From an uncultured Gemmatimonadales bacterium (GTDB lineage: Bacteria; Gemmatimonadota; Gemmatimonadetes; Longimicrobiales; Gaopeijiaceae), in NCBI GenBank assembly GCA_963809895.1, contig CAWELD010000003.1, positions 832,001-896,000 on the forward strand: 64,000 nucleotides of DNA. The letters are read 5' to 3'. The translations under genes and the position numbers were made by a program. Below are positions 21,645 to 31,619 of this stretch, in pieces; positions within the stretch are counted from its first letter, which is position 1, and each line of letters opens with the position of its first letter. The notes beneath the pieces were generated by a model, which did no database searches, was not told where the DNA came from, and saw nothing but the letters and a program-made list of their open reading frames with translations.

Positions 21645-24184
21645 TCCCCTTTCCCGTCCTGCTGGCCTGGCGCGAAGCCCGGGCCGGCGTTCGGCGCGTG
21701 GGTCTCTACGGGCTCTCCATCGGCCTGGGTGTGGCGGCGCTGGTCTCCATCCACTCGTTCCGCCAGGACGTGTCCCGCTCGATTCGCGAGCAGTCGCGGG
21801 TGCTCATGGGTGCCGACGCCCTGTTGGAAGGCTCGCGGCCGCTGCCGGACTCGCTCACCCGGGTCGTGGACTCCCTGGCCGCTGCGGGCTACCGGGTGGC
21901 CACGGTGGTGAACGCCGTCTCCATGGTGGCGGCCCCGTCGTCGGGCGACGTGCGTCTCCTGCAGGTGCGCTCCGTGGATGGAGGATGGCCGTTCTACGGT
22001 GACCTCGTCACCGAGCCGGCCGGTGCGTGGTCGGGACTCTCCGGGTCCGGGACTGCCCTGGTGGACCCGGCGGTGCTCACGCAGCTCGAGGTGCGGGTGG
22101 GTGACACGCTGGCAGTGGGCCGGTCCCGCGTGCTCATCGCCGGTACGGTGAAGGACGTGCCCACGGACGTGGGCTTCCAGACGGCGGTGGGGCCTCGGGT
22201 GTGGCTGGGACCGGGAGCCCTGGAACGGGCGGGCCTGTTGGGCTTCGGCAGCCTGGCACGCTACGAGACCTATCTGCAGGCGCCTGCCGACGCAGACGTG
22301 GACGCGGTCCGCGAACGCTACGACAAGGTGTTCGAGGCGACGCAGATTCGCTTCGTGAGCGCCGATCGGCGCGCGCGCTCGCTCACCCGTGCCGTGGCCG
22401 ATCTGAGCCGCTTTCTCGGCCTCGTGGGGTTGGGCGCGCTGCTCCTGGGGGGCCTGGGCGTGGCCAGCGCCATCCACGTCTTCGTGCGCGAGCGCCTCAC
22501 CCAGGTGGCGGTACTCCGCTGCATCGGCGCGCGCCAGAACGGCCTCTTCTCCGCCTATCTGCTCCAGGCGGCGGCCCTGGGACTGGCCGGGGCGGGCGCC
22601 GGCGCCGTCCTGGGGGTCGTGGTCCAGCATCTCCTCCCGGGCCTGCTGTCGGGTGTGCTGCCGGTGGACGTGACGCCCCGTATCGCCTGGGGCACGGTGG
22701 CCGGGGGCGTCGGCATCGGGCTCTGGGTGGCGACGCTCTTCGCGCTGCTCCCGCTCCTGGGCGTCCGCAACGTGCCGCCGCTGCGGGCGCTGCGGGCCGA
22801 CGTGGAGGGAGATCCCCGGCGGGGTCGCGGGCTGCGGGCCCTGGTGCTGGCGGGGCTGGCCGGCTCCGTGGTGTTGCTGGCCGTGCTGGAGGCCGAATCC
22901 ACCCGGCAGGGGCTCGGGTTCGCGGCGGGTCTGGCCGGTGCGACGCTGGTGCTGTGGGGTGCGGGCCTGGCGGCGGTCAAGCTGGCGCGGCGCTTCTTCC
23001 CGCGCCGCGCTCCCTATCCCGTGCGCCAGGGGTTCTCCAACCTCTTCCGTCCGCGCAATCAGACGGTGGGGGTAACGCTGGCGCTGGGCTTCGGCGCCTT
23101 CGTGGTGGCGACCCTCCTGCAGGTGCAGTCCAACCTCACCCGCGTGCTGAGCTTCGAGGACGACGGCAGCCGGCCCAATCTCCTCCTGTTCGACATCCAG
23201 GACGATCAGCGGGACCAGGTCGTGGAGCTCCTGCCGCCCACCGCCCGCGGCACGGCCGAGATCACGCCCATGGTCCCGTCGCGCCTGGTGGAGATCGACG
23301 GCAGGACCCCTGCGGAGCTGCGCGACGAGGACGGCCCCGGGCGGCCGCAGGGCTGGGCGCTCCGTCGGGAGTACCGCCACACCTGGCGCGCCGACCTCAC
23401 CGACGCCGAGACCCTGGTGGCGGGATCGTGGTGGCCGGATGCGCCGCCGGCCCCTCCCGGGATGGCGCGCATTTCGGTGGAGCAGGATCTGGCCACCGAT
23501 CTGGGCGTGACCGTCGGAGACACCCTGGTGTGGAGCTCGGGCGGGCTCCGGATTCCCTCGGTGGTCACCAGCCTGCGGCAGGTGGACTGGGATCGCTTCC
23601 AGACCAATTTCTTCGTGGTCTTCGAGCCCGGAGGATTGGAGGGCGCTCCGGTCACCTGGGTGGTGTTGGCCCGGCTCGAAGGCGAGGGAGCGCGGGCGGC
23701 CTTCCAGCGTCGGCTGGTGGCCGCGCTCCCCAACGTGTCCGTCCTGGACATCAGCCGGATCCAGGAGGTCGTGGAGGACATCCTGGGCAAGGTCGGTCGC
23801 GCCATCCGTTTTCTGGCGGGATTCGCCGGCGTGGCGGGGCTGGTGGTTCTGGCAGGGGCCCTGGCCACCTCCCGCCATCAACGGCTGCGGGAGGGGGCCC
23901 TGCTCAAGACGCTGGGCGCCCGCCGGCGTCAGCTCCTGGTGGTGCTCTTCACCGAGTTCCTGGCCCTGGCGAGTCTGGCCACGCTGGTGGGGGTGGTACT
24001 GGCCATGGTGGCCGCCGGCGCCCTGGTGCGACTGGGCTTCGACACTTCGTTCCGCCCCGACCTGGGCTCCGCCGTGGGCATCTGGTTGGCGGTGAGCGTC
24101 CTCACCGTGGTGACCGGGTTCCTCGGAAGTCGGGGGCTGCTCAAGCGCCGCCCTCTCCCGCTGCTCCGGGAGCTGTCGGACTGA
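21641..24184 (+). CDS. ABC transporter permease (YbbP-like)
   Basis: 847 aa with two FtsX halves; PNLLLFDIQ, RQVDWDRFQTNFFVVF, REGALLKTLGA. Confidence 0.9.
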   Translation: MIPFPVLLAWREARAGVRRVGLYGLSIGLGVAALVSIHSFRQDVSRSIREQSRVLMGADALLEGSRPLPDSLTRVVDSLAAAGYRVATVVNAVSMVAAPSSGDVRLLQVRSVDGGWPFYGDLVTEPAGAWSGLSGSGTALVDPAVLTQLEVRVGDTLAVGRSRVLIAGTVKDVPTDVGFQTAVGPRVWLGPGALERAGLLGFGSLARYETYLQAPADADVDAVRERYDKVFEATQIRFVSADRRARSLTRAVADLSRFLGLVGLGALLLGGLGVASAIHVFVRERLTQVAVLRCIGARQNGLFSAYLLQAAALGLAGAGAGAVLGVVVQHLLPGLLSGVLPVDVTPRIAWGTVAGGVGIGLWVATLFALLPLLGVRNVPPLRALRADVEGDPRRGRGLRALVLAGLAGSVVLLAVLEAESTRQGLGFAAGLAGATLVLWGAGLAAVKLARRFFPRRAPYPVRQGFSNLFRPRNQTVGVTLALGFGAFVVATLLQVQSNLTRVLSFEDDGSRPNLLLFDIQDDQRDQVVELLPPTARGTAEITPMVPSRLVEIDGRTPAELRDEDGPGRPQGWALRREYRHTWRADLTDAETLVAGSWWPDAPPAPPGMARISVEQDLATDLGVTVGDTLVWSSGGLRIPSVVTSLRQVDWDRFQTNFFVVFEPGGLEGAPVTWVVLARLEGEGARAAFQRRLVAALPNVSVLDISRIQEVVEDILGKVGRAIRFLAGFAGVAGLVVLAGALATSRHQRLREGALLKTLGARRRQLLVVLFTEFLALASLATLVGVVLAMVAAGALVRLGFDTSFRPDLGSAVGIWLAVSVLTVVTGFLGSRGLLKRRPLPLLRELSD

Positions 24185-25238
24185 CCTGGACCCCCCTGCC
24201 GGCGCCGTCGAGGAGAATGCGGATCTCGTTTCCGGAGGTGCGGATGATGAGGACGTCGCCGTCCCGGCTCACCGTCACCGGCTGTCCGCGCACCTCCACC
24301 TGGGCCGGACCGATGGTGCCGGCGTAGCGCAGCTGGCCGGCCCGGCCGGGGGCCTCGACCACGGTGCCCCGGCCCTCCGCCCTGGACGGCAGCGGCGACA
24401 CCGACGCCTCGGGCATGGGCTCCTTTCGCGAGGCACGGGTCGTCACGTCCACGGAGCGTCCGTCACGGGCCACGGTCCAACGCACACGGTCTCCGGGCTC
24501 GATGGCCGAGAAGGCCCGGCTGCCCTCGACCTTCAGGAGATCCGCACCGTTGACGGCGCGCAGCTCGTCGCCGGGCTGGAGTCCCCCGGGGGCGCCACTG
24601 CCGGGCTCCACGCCGTAGACCGTGGGGTACTCGCGGAATCGCCACAGGCCATCGCGGCTGTCGTAGGTGCATCCGTCGCACTCGAAGGCGAACCCCAGGC
24701 GCGCCCGCGGCAGGATCGGACTGGTGGCCGGGGGGGCGGGCGGCGCCGGCTGCACCGGGGCCGCGGGCTCGGCCGGAAGTGGAGGGAGGGGAGGCTCGGG
24801 ACTCGGGGCCTCGGGGGCGCGCGGTGCCGGAGGCGCCGGGCGCAGATCGATGCAGGTCGCCCACGGCGTCGCCCGGATCTCCCGGAGCTCGCCGTCCCGC
24901 CGCACGCGCAGCGTCACCGGACGATCCGGGAGGAGCTCGTAGAGTCGTGCAGCGCCCTCGCGGGTGGTGATGAGATCGCCGTTCACGGCCACCAGGACAT
25001 CGCCGGGACGCAGCACCGAGCTTCGTGCCACCGCGGTGATCTCGGGCTCGGTGCCGAAGCGGGCATGGACCACGGCACCGTCTGATGTACTGAAGGTGCA
25101 GTCGCGGCAGCGGATACCTGTGATGCCCAGGTTGCCGGCCACCCGTCCTTCGGTACATGCGTTCTGGGCGGCGACCGCTGCGGGAATCGCCAGGGCGAAG
25201 GCGAACAGGGTGGTGGCGAATCTATGCGTCGTGAACAT
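24141..25238 (-). CDS. Secreted protein with two PDZ-like domains
   Basis: Signal peptide ...AVAA-Q; LRPGDVLVAVNG and LQPGDELRAVNG PDZ signatures separated by a Pro-rich linker. Confidence 0.75.
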   Translation of the reverse strand: MFTTHRFATTLFAFALAIPAAVAAQNACTEGRVAGNLGITGIRCRDCTFSTSDGAVVHARFGTEPEITAVARSSVLRPGDVLVAVNGDLITTREGAARLYELLPDRPVTLRVRRDGELREIRATPWATCIDLRPAPPAPRAPEAPSPEPPLPPLPAEPAAPVQPAPPAPPATSPILPRARLGFAFECDGCTYDSRDGLWRFREYPTVYGVEPGSGAPGGLQPGDELRAVNGADLLKVEGSRAFSAIEPGDRVRWTVARDGRSVDVTTRASRKEPMPEASVSPLPSRAEGRGTVVEAPGRAGQLRYAGTIGPAQVEVRGQPVTVSRDGDVLIIRTSGNEIRILLDGAGRGVQVSPTAPGAAGEGGA

Positions 25239-25272
25239 GTCGTCCTCCTCCGGGACGGGCCCGGACGTGGGG

Positions 25273-25836
25273 TCAGAACCAGAGCGTGGAGCGTGCCGCG
25301 CGGTCGGCAGGCGAAGGAGTGGCGTTCAGGATGGCCAGGATGCGCGCCAGGCGGCCGTCGTCGGGCGACAGGCGCGCGAGCTCCGTCACCGCGGCCCGGA
25401 GCGTCGCCAGCGCCACCTCGCGACCCTGGGGATACGTGTCCGTCGCCTGCAGGGCGTTCATGGCCTCCACGTAGAGCGTGCCGGTCTGCTGGATCATGGC
25501 GGCCCGCTCTGCGGGCGTGCCGCCACGGGTGGCGTTGGCGGTCAACACGGCCTCGAGCGCCGAGCGGCCCCCCGTGTACTGCCCCACGGCGAAGCCACCG
25601 GCGAACAGAGCCACGGCAGCCGCTACGGCGGCGACCATCCAGGGTGCCCGCAGCCGGCGATGGGAGCCTCCCGGCCGAACCAGCCCCTCGCTGCGGAGCG
25701 CCGACACGACCCGGTCTTCGAGGCCTGCCGGTGGAATCAGGTCGCGGACCAACGGGTCGAGGTGAACCGGTGCCGGCTCGGGCTCCTGGGTCCGCTTCTC
25801 CGCATCGTGTCCGGATCGATCATCCTTCGGTGTCAT
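25273..25836 (-). CDS. Putative membrane anti-sigma factor
   Basis: ATGA overlap with the ECF gene; PPAGLEDRVV then a single TM segment. Confidence 0.6.
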   Translation of the reverse strand: MTPKDDRSGHDAEKRTQEPEPAPVHLDPLVRDLIPPAGLEDRVVSALRSEGLVRPGGSHRRLRAPWMVAAVAAAVALFAGGFAVGQYTGGRSALEAVLTANATRGGTPAERAAMIQQTGTLYVEAMNALQATDTYPQGREVALATLRAAVTELARLSPDDGRLARILAILNATPSPADRAARSTLWF

Positions 25837-26390
25837 GCGTCGTCTCCATCGCCGAGCATGCGGCGTAGCGCTCGGCGCGCGTGGAAGAGCTGGCTTCGGG
25901 AGGTCCCCACGGCGATCTCGAGTCGCTCGCTGATCTCGGGGTGGGTGTAGCCCTCCCAATCGTGCAGCAAGAGGACCGCGCGGTATCCCTCGGGGAGCGC
26001 CCGGAGGGCGTCCTCCAGGTCCATGCGCATTCCTGGATCGGTCGGCGGCATGGAGGGGGGCGGGGCGTCGGCGAGGTCGCCGTCGTCCCGGCGGCGCCGT
26101 GCCCGTCGAAAGTGCTCCCGCACCCGATTGACGGCGATTCCGGTGATCCAGGTCCGCAGCGACGAGCGCCAGGCGAACGCCGGCAGCCCCCGGACCGCAC
26201 GCAGCCAGGCGTCCTGGACGACGTCGTCCACGTCGGGCCCGGGTCCACCCATCATGCGGACCACCAGGCCGTACACCGCCGGCGTGTGGCGACGATAGAG
26301 AAGGCGGAAGGCCTCCTCGTCACCGTGCTGGACGAGTCGGCTGGCCAGTCTGCGATCGCTGGCGTCGCTTCGAGGAGTCGCGTCGGTCAT
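25833..26390 (-). CDS. ECF RNA polymerase sigma factor
   Basis: DDVVQDAWLRA, SLRTWITGIAVN, LPEGYRAVLLLHDWEGYTHPEIS, GTSRSQLFHAR. Confidence 0.93.
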   Translation of the reverse strand: MTDATPRSDASDRRLASRLVQHGDEEAFRLLYRRHTPAVYGLVVRMMGGPGPDVDDVVQDAWLRAVRGLPAFAWRSSLRTWITGIAVNRVREHFRRARRRRDDGDLADAPPPSMPPTDPGMRMDLEDALRALPEGYRAVLLLHDWEGYTHPEISERLEIAVGTSRSQLFHARRALRRMLGDGDDA

Positions 26391-26435
26391 CGTGGTTGAG
26401 TGGCCCTGACCCCCCGGAACGTTGGTTGGCGAGGA

Positions 26436-26843
26436 TCAGGCCTCGGGCAGATCCTCGTCGGAGACCTGTAGCACCGGCTGGTGGTGGCAGGATTCGCAGT
26501 CCAGGGAGAGAGGCGAGCGGAGCCGTGTGGGGCCGGGGAGGCTCAACGCCGCGCCGCAACGCGGGCAGCGGGCATCGAGGCCCACGAGGGTGAAGCGCTC
26601 CAGCCACCTGCGACGCCCGAGAACCGCTCCCCCGATCATGGCGCCGGCCGCCCACGGCACGTGAGGAGGAACCAGGGCCGCCACCGGTGCCAGGGCGAGT
26701 CCACCCCCCACCAGGGGCAGGGCCCGGGTGACGCGCCAGCGCGTGCTGCGTGGTTTGAGCGTGACAACGGCGTCGGTCGCTTCGTGTCCGAACAGAGTCA
26801 CGCGGGCAGGCACGGTCACGGTAGCTTGGGTTGGTTCGGACAC
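26436..26843 (-). CDS. Hypothetical membrane protein with C-terminal zinc ribbon
   Basis: Two hydrophobic segments then CPRC...CESC; start codon uncertain. Confidence 0.55.
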   Translation of the reverse strand: MSEPTQATVTVPARVTLFGHEATDAVVTLKPRSTRWRVTRALPLVGGGLALAPVAALVPPHVPWAAGAMIGGAVLGRRRWLERFTLVGLDARCPRCGAALSLPGPTRLRSPLSLDCESCHHQPVLQVSDEDLPEA

Positions 26844-26976
26844 GTCTCGATCCGGGCAAAAGCGCAGAAACAGATGTCGCCAGGGCGGCCTCGGGAATAT
26901 ATCTTCCGAGGCCGTTCGCCCAAACGTTGCCACGGATCGCCGTCCTGTCCGCCCGCACCGAGGCTCTCCCACGGTC

Positions 26977-29073
26977 GTGACGCCTACTCCCGCATCCGAA
27001 TCCACGGCCCGCGGCGGGCCTCGGCCCGTCCTGGCACGGGAGTTCACGCAGTTCCTGCTGGAGCTCGCCATCGGGGTGCATCGGTACGCCGTCTATCCCC
27101 CGGGCCATCCGTCTCTGGAGCCCATGGCCGACGCCGTGACCGAGCTCCTGGAGGAGCTGCTGCGCGATCGGGCCGTACTTCGCATCGGTGTCGGACGTCG
27201 CGAGCTCCTGCTCGAGGGCGGCAGCACGGACCCGGGGCACCCGGTCCTGGGCGACCTGGCCCACCGACTTCATCACCGACAGATCAGCGGCGTCAGCTTC
27301 GCCCACGGCATCCGCCCGACGGAGGTCGAGGGATTGCTGGAGACGCTGGGGCGCGAGATGGACGCCGAGGCGGTTCCCCTCGGCCTCCGGCCCGTCGAGG
27401 AGATCCCGTCGTGGCCCCACGTCCGCATCCATCCTCTGGGGATGGAACGGCTGGGTGTGGCGGACGAACCGGGCTTCGGCGGCGCGCGAGCGCTGGACCT
27501 CTGGATGAGCCTGGCCGGGCTGGTGCTGCGCGAGGAAGCGATGGATGCCGACCAGGCTTCCGACGCCCGCATCGTGGCCGCGCGGCTCACGGAAGGCCCA
27601 GCGGACGAAGCCGTGGAGCGCGAGGTGGCGGATCACCTGGCGCAACTGGCCGCCGAGCTGCGTGCCACCTCCGGTCCGGAGACGGAGAAGGTCCGCGACA
27701 AGGTGGCGGTTCTCCTGGAGCATCTCGATCGCGAGGTGCTGGACAGGATCATCGCCATGGGCGGTGACGTCGCGCGGCGCCAGGCCCTGCTACGCGACGT
27801 GAACCACAGCCTTCCCATGGACGCTGTGCTGCGGGTCATGGAGTCCGCGGCTCGTACCGGCGGCCAGACCATCTCGCATTCCATGGCCCGCTTGCTGAGC
27901 AAGCTCTCGGTGCACGCCCCGGCGCCCGGCGCATCGGCCGGCGGGCCCGACCGTGTCGCGGGATGGTCGCCTGCGGGAGCGGGATTGCGCGACATCGTGG
28001 ACCATCTGCTGGAGGACTGGGATCTCGACGACCCCAATCCCGACCGTTACACCGCCGTGCTGGACAGCATGGCGCGGGCGGCCCCGCTGCTCCGCGAGCG
28101 GGCCGACGCCGAAGACGCGGCCGGGACCGCTCTGCCGGGAGCCGCACGCATCGTCCGCACCGCCCTGGAGGCGGGGGCATTCGGGACGACGGTGAAGCGG
28201 GCGATCCTCGACCTGATCGACCGGGGAGAGGCCGGCGAACTGGTGGAGCTGCTCCGGGAGTCCGGTGAGGAAGATCCGACGGCGGCGCGCATGCTGGATT
28301 TCCTGACCGAGCCGGAGCAGCTCCACCGGATCCTGGCGCGAGAGGACGTGGAGGAGCAAGCCCTGAGCGCCCTGGTGGTGCGGAGCGGCGAGGACTCCAT
28401 CGAGCCTCTCATGGACGTTCTGGTGGAGTCGGAGTCGCGCTCGCTGCGCCGCAAGGTCTTCGACGTGTTGGCGGGGCTGGGGCCCCGGGTGGCCGAGAAG
28501 GCTCTGGAGCGGCTCGAGGACCGGCGCTGGTTCGTGCAACGGAACATGCTCGCGCTCCTCAACCACCTGGAGGGGCTGCCCCGGGGCTTCGATCCGCTCT
28601 GGTTCACGGACCACGGGGACTACCGGGTGCGTCGCGAGGCGTTTCCGCTGGCGCTGCGCGACGGCGCATCGCGGGACCGCGCGTTGTCGTTGGCGCTCTC
28701 GGATCGTGACGAGCGTCTGGTACGCATGGCCCTGCTCGAGCTGCGCGACGGTGTGCCGGAGGCTCTGGTGCCGACGCTGGTGAGCCGGGTGCTCGAGGCC
28801 GAGCGCACCGACGAGATCCGGGCGTTGGGTGTGCGCACGGTCCGGTACAGCGAGTCGGTGCTGGTCCGTGACGCGCTTGTGGGGCTCGCCGCGCCTGGAC
28901 GCTCGCTCTTCGGACGGCCGCGCCTGGGGGCGCCGTCGGCCTCCGTGCTCTCCGCCCTCGAGGTGTTGGATGCTCGCTGGCGCTGGGACCGCGCGGCGCT
29001 GGCGGTACTGGACCAGGCCCGTCGCAGCCGGGACCCGGCCATCCGCCGGGCCGTGGGGAGTCAGGAGCGATGA
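26977..29073 (+). CDS. HEAT-repeat-containing protein
   Basis: YAVYPPGHP N-terminal motif; LEDRRWFVQRNMLALL, DYRVRREA helical repeats; coupled to the HD-GYP gene. Start approximate. Confidence 0.75.
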   Translation: MTPTPASESTARGGPRPVLAREFTQFLLELAIGVHRYAVYPPGHPSLEPMADAVTELLEELLRDRAVLRIGVGRRELLLEGGSTDPGHPVLGDLAHRLHHRQISGVSFAHGIRPTEVEGLLETLGREMDAEAVPLGLRPVEEIPSWPHVRIHPLGMERLGVADEPGFGGARALDLWMSLAGLVLREEAMDADQASDARIVAARLTEGPADEAVEREVADHLAQLAAELRATSGPETEKVRDKVAVLLEHLDREVLDRIIAMGGDVARRQALLRDVNHSLPMDAVLRVMESAARTGGQTISHSMARLLSKLSVHAPAPGASAGGPDRVAGWSPAGAGLRDIVDHLLEDWDLDDPNPDRYTAVLDSMARAAPLLRERADAEDAAGTALPGAARIVRTALEAGAFGTTVKRAILDLIDRGEAGELVELLRESGEEDPTAARMLDFLTEPEQLHRILAREDVEEQALSALVVRSGEDSIEPLMDVLVESESRSLRRKVFDVLAGLGPRVAEKALERLEDRRWFVQRNMLALLNHLEGLPRGFDPLWFTDHGDYRVRREAFPLALRDGASRDRALSLALSDRDERLVRMALLELRDGVPEALVPTLVSRVLEAERTDEIRALGVRTVRYSESVLVRDALVGLAAPGRSLFGRPRLGAPSASVLSALEVLDARWRWDRAALAVLDQARRSRDPAIRRAVGSQER

Positions 29074-30317
29074 GCGAAGCCGCCGAATTCCTCGTCTCGC
29101 TGTCCCAGGCCGTGAGCAACATGGGACTCTATCCGGCGGAGCACCCGGCCCGTCAGAAGGCCGTGCAGCGCTCCTGGGAGAAGCTGCAGCGCTTCCAGGA
29201 GGCGCATCCCACGGCGCAGTTCAGCTTCCTGGAAGAGTTGACCGTGCTCGGGCGGCGACCGGTGCGCCCCCTCCATCAGTGGGAATGGGGTGAGCGGTTG
29301 TGGAGCGTGGGCATTCAGCGCCTGGAGATCACGGGTCCGGTCTCCCGCGACGACCTGGAGACCTTCCTGAGCGAGATCCTGCGGCGCCTGTCCGGCCTTC
29401 CCGCCGAGACCGCCCAGGCCCGCCACGCGCAGATGACCCATCTGCGCTTCGGAGCGCTGGGGACCGGGGCCGGCGGCGAGGAGGCGGATCGCGAAGGCGA
29501 GGGGCGCCTGGTGACCTTCTCCCTGGCCGAAGAGATGGAGGCCGTGGACTGGCTCCACCAGGAGGTGCGCCAGGGGCGCCCGCTCCACCTGGTGGAGGCG
29601 GAGACAGTGGTACGATCGTTGGCGCTGGCGATGCACGGGGACCAGGACTACCTGATTCCGCTGCTCCGACTCAAGGATTTCGACCAGTACACCACCACCC
29701 ACGCCATGAACGTCGCGGTCCTCTCCATGGCGCTTGCAGAGCATATCGGGGTGGGGGATTCCGAGGTGCGTGCCTTCGGGTTCGCCGGTCTCCTCCACGA
29801 CCTGGGCAAGGTCACCGTTCCCGACGAGATCCTGCACAAGCCGGGCCGGCTCACCGACTCGGAGCGCGAGGTCATGGAAGGCCACCCCCGCGAGGGTGCG
29901 CGCCTGATCCTGAGCTCCGAGGAGAACCTGGACCTGGCCGCGGTGGTGGCCTTCGAGCACCACATCAGGCTCGACGGTAGCGGCTATCCCCGCACGGCCC
30001 ACCCGCGCCGGTGCCATCAGGCCTCGGATCTCGTCCACGTGTGCGACGTCTTCGACGCCCTGCGGACCCACCGGCCCTACCGGGACGCCTGGGAGCTGGC
30101 ACGAGTACTTCAGTACATCGAGCGCGGCGCGGGACGTGAGTTCGATGCGGATCTGGCCCAGGCGTTCGTGCGCATGATGCGGGCCATGACCGGCCGCGTG
30201 GCCGAGGTGGAGGACCGGGACGAGCCCCTCCTGGTGGCGGGACCCGAAGGCTCCGGTCTCATGCCCCGTCCGGCAACGGGGCCATCGTCAGCCGCCGGCA
30301 GCGGCGAAGGCGCGTAG
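29070..30317 (+). CDS. HD-GYP domain phosphodiesterase
   Basis: LLHDLGK, HHIRLDGSGYP, DVFDALRTHRPYR. Confidence 0.9.
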   Translation: MSEAAEFLVSLSQAVSNMGLYPAEHPARQKAVQRSWEKLQRFQEAHPTAQFSFLEELTVLGRRPVRPLHQWEWGERLWSVGIQRLEITGPVSRDDLETFLSEILRRLSGLPAETAQARHAQMTHLRFGALGTGAGGEEADREGEGRLVTFSLAEEMEAVDWLHQEVRQGRPLHLVEAETVVRSLALAMHGDQDYLIPLLRLKDFDQYTTTHAMNVAVLSMALAEHIGVGDSEVRAFGFAGLLHDLGKVTVPDEILHKPGRLTDSEREVMEGHPREGARLILSSEENLDLAAVVAFEHHIRLDGSGYPRTAHPRRCHQASDLVHVCDVFDALRTHRPYRDAWELARVLQYIERGAGREFDADLAQAFVRMMRAMTGRVAEVEDRDEPLLVAGPEGSGLMPRPATGPSSAAGSGEGA

Positions 30318-31457
30318 CCGCTCGGCTGCCCGCTCCAGCGTCTCGAGCCGCTTGCAGAAGGCGAAGCGCACCAGCGAGCGGCCACGATCCGCCTCCGAGA
30401 AGAAGCTCGACCCGGGGACCGGCGCGACGCCGCCCTCCCGGGCCAGGCGACGGCTGAAGGACGTGTCGTCCTCGTCGGACAGTGCCGAGAAGTCGGCCAA
30501 CACGTAGTAGGCCCCCTGGGGGGGACGGGCCCCGAAGCCCGCGGCCGTGAGGCCCTGCATGAGCACGTCACGCCGGGCCCGATACTCGTTTCGCATGGTC
30601 TCGTAGTAGTCCGGCCCGAGTTGCTCGAAGGCCGTGGCCACCGCTTCCTGCAGCGGCGCCGGCGCACCCACGGTGAGAAAGTCGTGGACCTTGCGAATGG
30701 CGTTCGTGAGCTCTGCCGGGGCTACCACGGTGCCCACCCGCCATCCGGTGACGGCGAAGGTCTTGGAGGCGCCACTGACGGTCACGGTGCGCTCGGCCAT
30801 GCCCGGAAGCGTCGCCAGCGGGACGTGGCGCCCCTCGTACAGGATGTACTCGTAGATCTCGTCGGTGACGGCGATGACATCGTGCCGGCGACAGACCCGT
30901 GCCACCGCCTCCAGCTCGTCGCGGTCGAACACCCGCCCGGTGGGGTTGTTGGGGGTGTTCAGCACGATGGCTTTCGTGCGCCCGCTCACGAGACTCTCGA
31001 GTCGGGCGCCGTCCAGCCGGTACGCCGGGGGCTCGAGGGTGAGAAAGACCGGGCGGGCGCCGCACAGCACCGCGTCGGGACCGTAGTTCTCGTAGAAGGG
31101 CTCGGGCACCACGACCTCGTCGCCCGGGTCCACCAGCGCCATGAGCACGGCGGCCATGGCTTCGGTGGCCCCGCACGTCACCACGATGTCCCGCTCCGGA
31201 TCCACCGCCATGCCGTAGCGCTCCGCGTACCGGTCCGCCAGCGCCCGGCGCAGGCGTGGCGCGCCCCAGGTGATGGCGTACTGGTTCACGTCGCCCCGGA
31301 TGGCGGCACAGGCGGCCTCCTTGATGACCGCCGGAGCCGGAAAATCGGGAAAGCCCTGGGCCAGGTTGATGGCGTCGTGCTCCCGGGCGACCCGCGTCAT
31401 CTCGCGAATCACCGATTCCGTGAAGGTGTCTGTGCGGGCGGCGACGGAGGGGGTCAA
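30288..31457 (-). CDS. Class I/II PLP-dependent aminotransferase
   Basis: AINLAQGFPDF, NTPNNPTG, DEIYE, SKTFAVTGWRVG, VRFAFCK; TTG start with GAGGAG upstream. Confidence 0.92.
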   Translation of the reverse strand: MTPSVAARTDTFTESVIREMTRVAREHDAINLAQGFPDFPAPAVIKEAACAAIRGDVNQYAITWGAPRLRRALADRYAERYGMAVDPERDIVVTCGATEAMAAVLMALVDPGDEVVVPEPFYENYGPDAVLCGARPVFLTLEPPAYRLDGARLESLVSGRTKAIVLNTPNNPTGRVFDRDELEAVARVCRRHDVIAVTDEIYEYILYEGRHVPLATLPGMAERTVTVSGASKTFAVTGWRVGTVVAPAELTNAIRKVHDFLTVGAPAPLQEAVATAFEQLGPDYYETMRNEYRARRDVLMQGLTAAGFGARPPQGAYYVLADFSALSDEDDTSFSRRLAREGGVAPVPGSSFFSEADRGRSLVRFAFCKRLETLERAAERLRAFAAAGG

Positions 31458-31619
31458 GGCGGCTCCTCGGGTAGGCGGGTCGAGTGGGGGAGTCTGGGGG
31501 AGGGCGCACGGCCGTGCAACGGGCACCTCGCCGGGGTCGTGGTGGGTAGCCCCGCACCCCTCGTCGCACGTACCTTGCCTCGCTCTGGACTCCCCGCGCC
31601 TCCAACCAGGTCCATCGAC

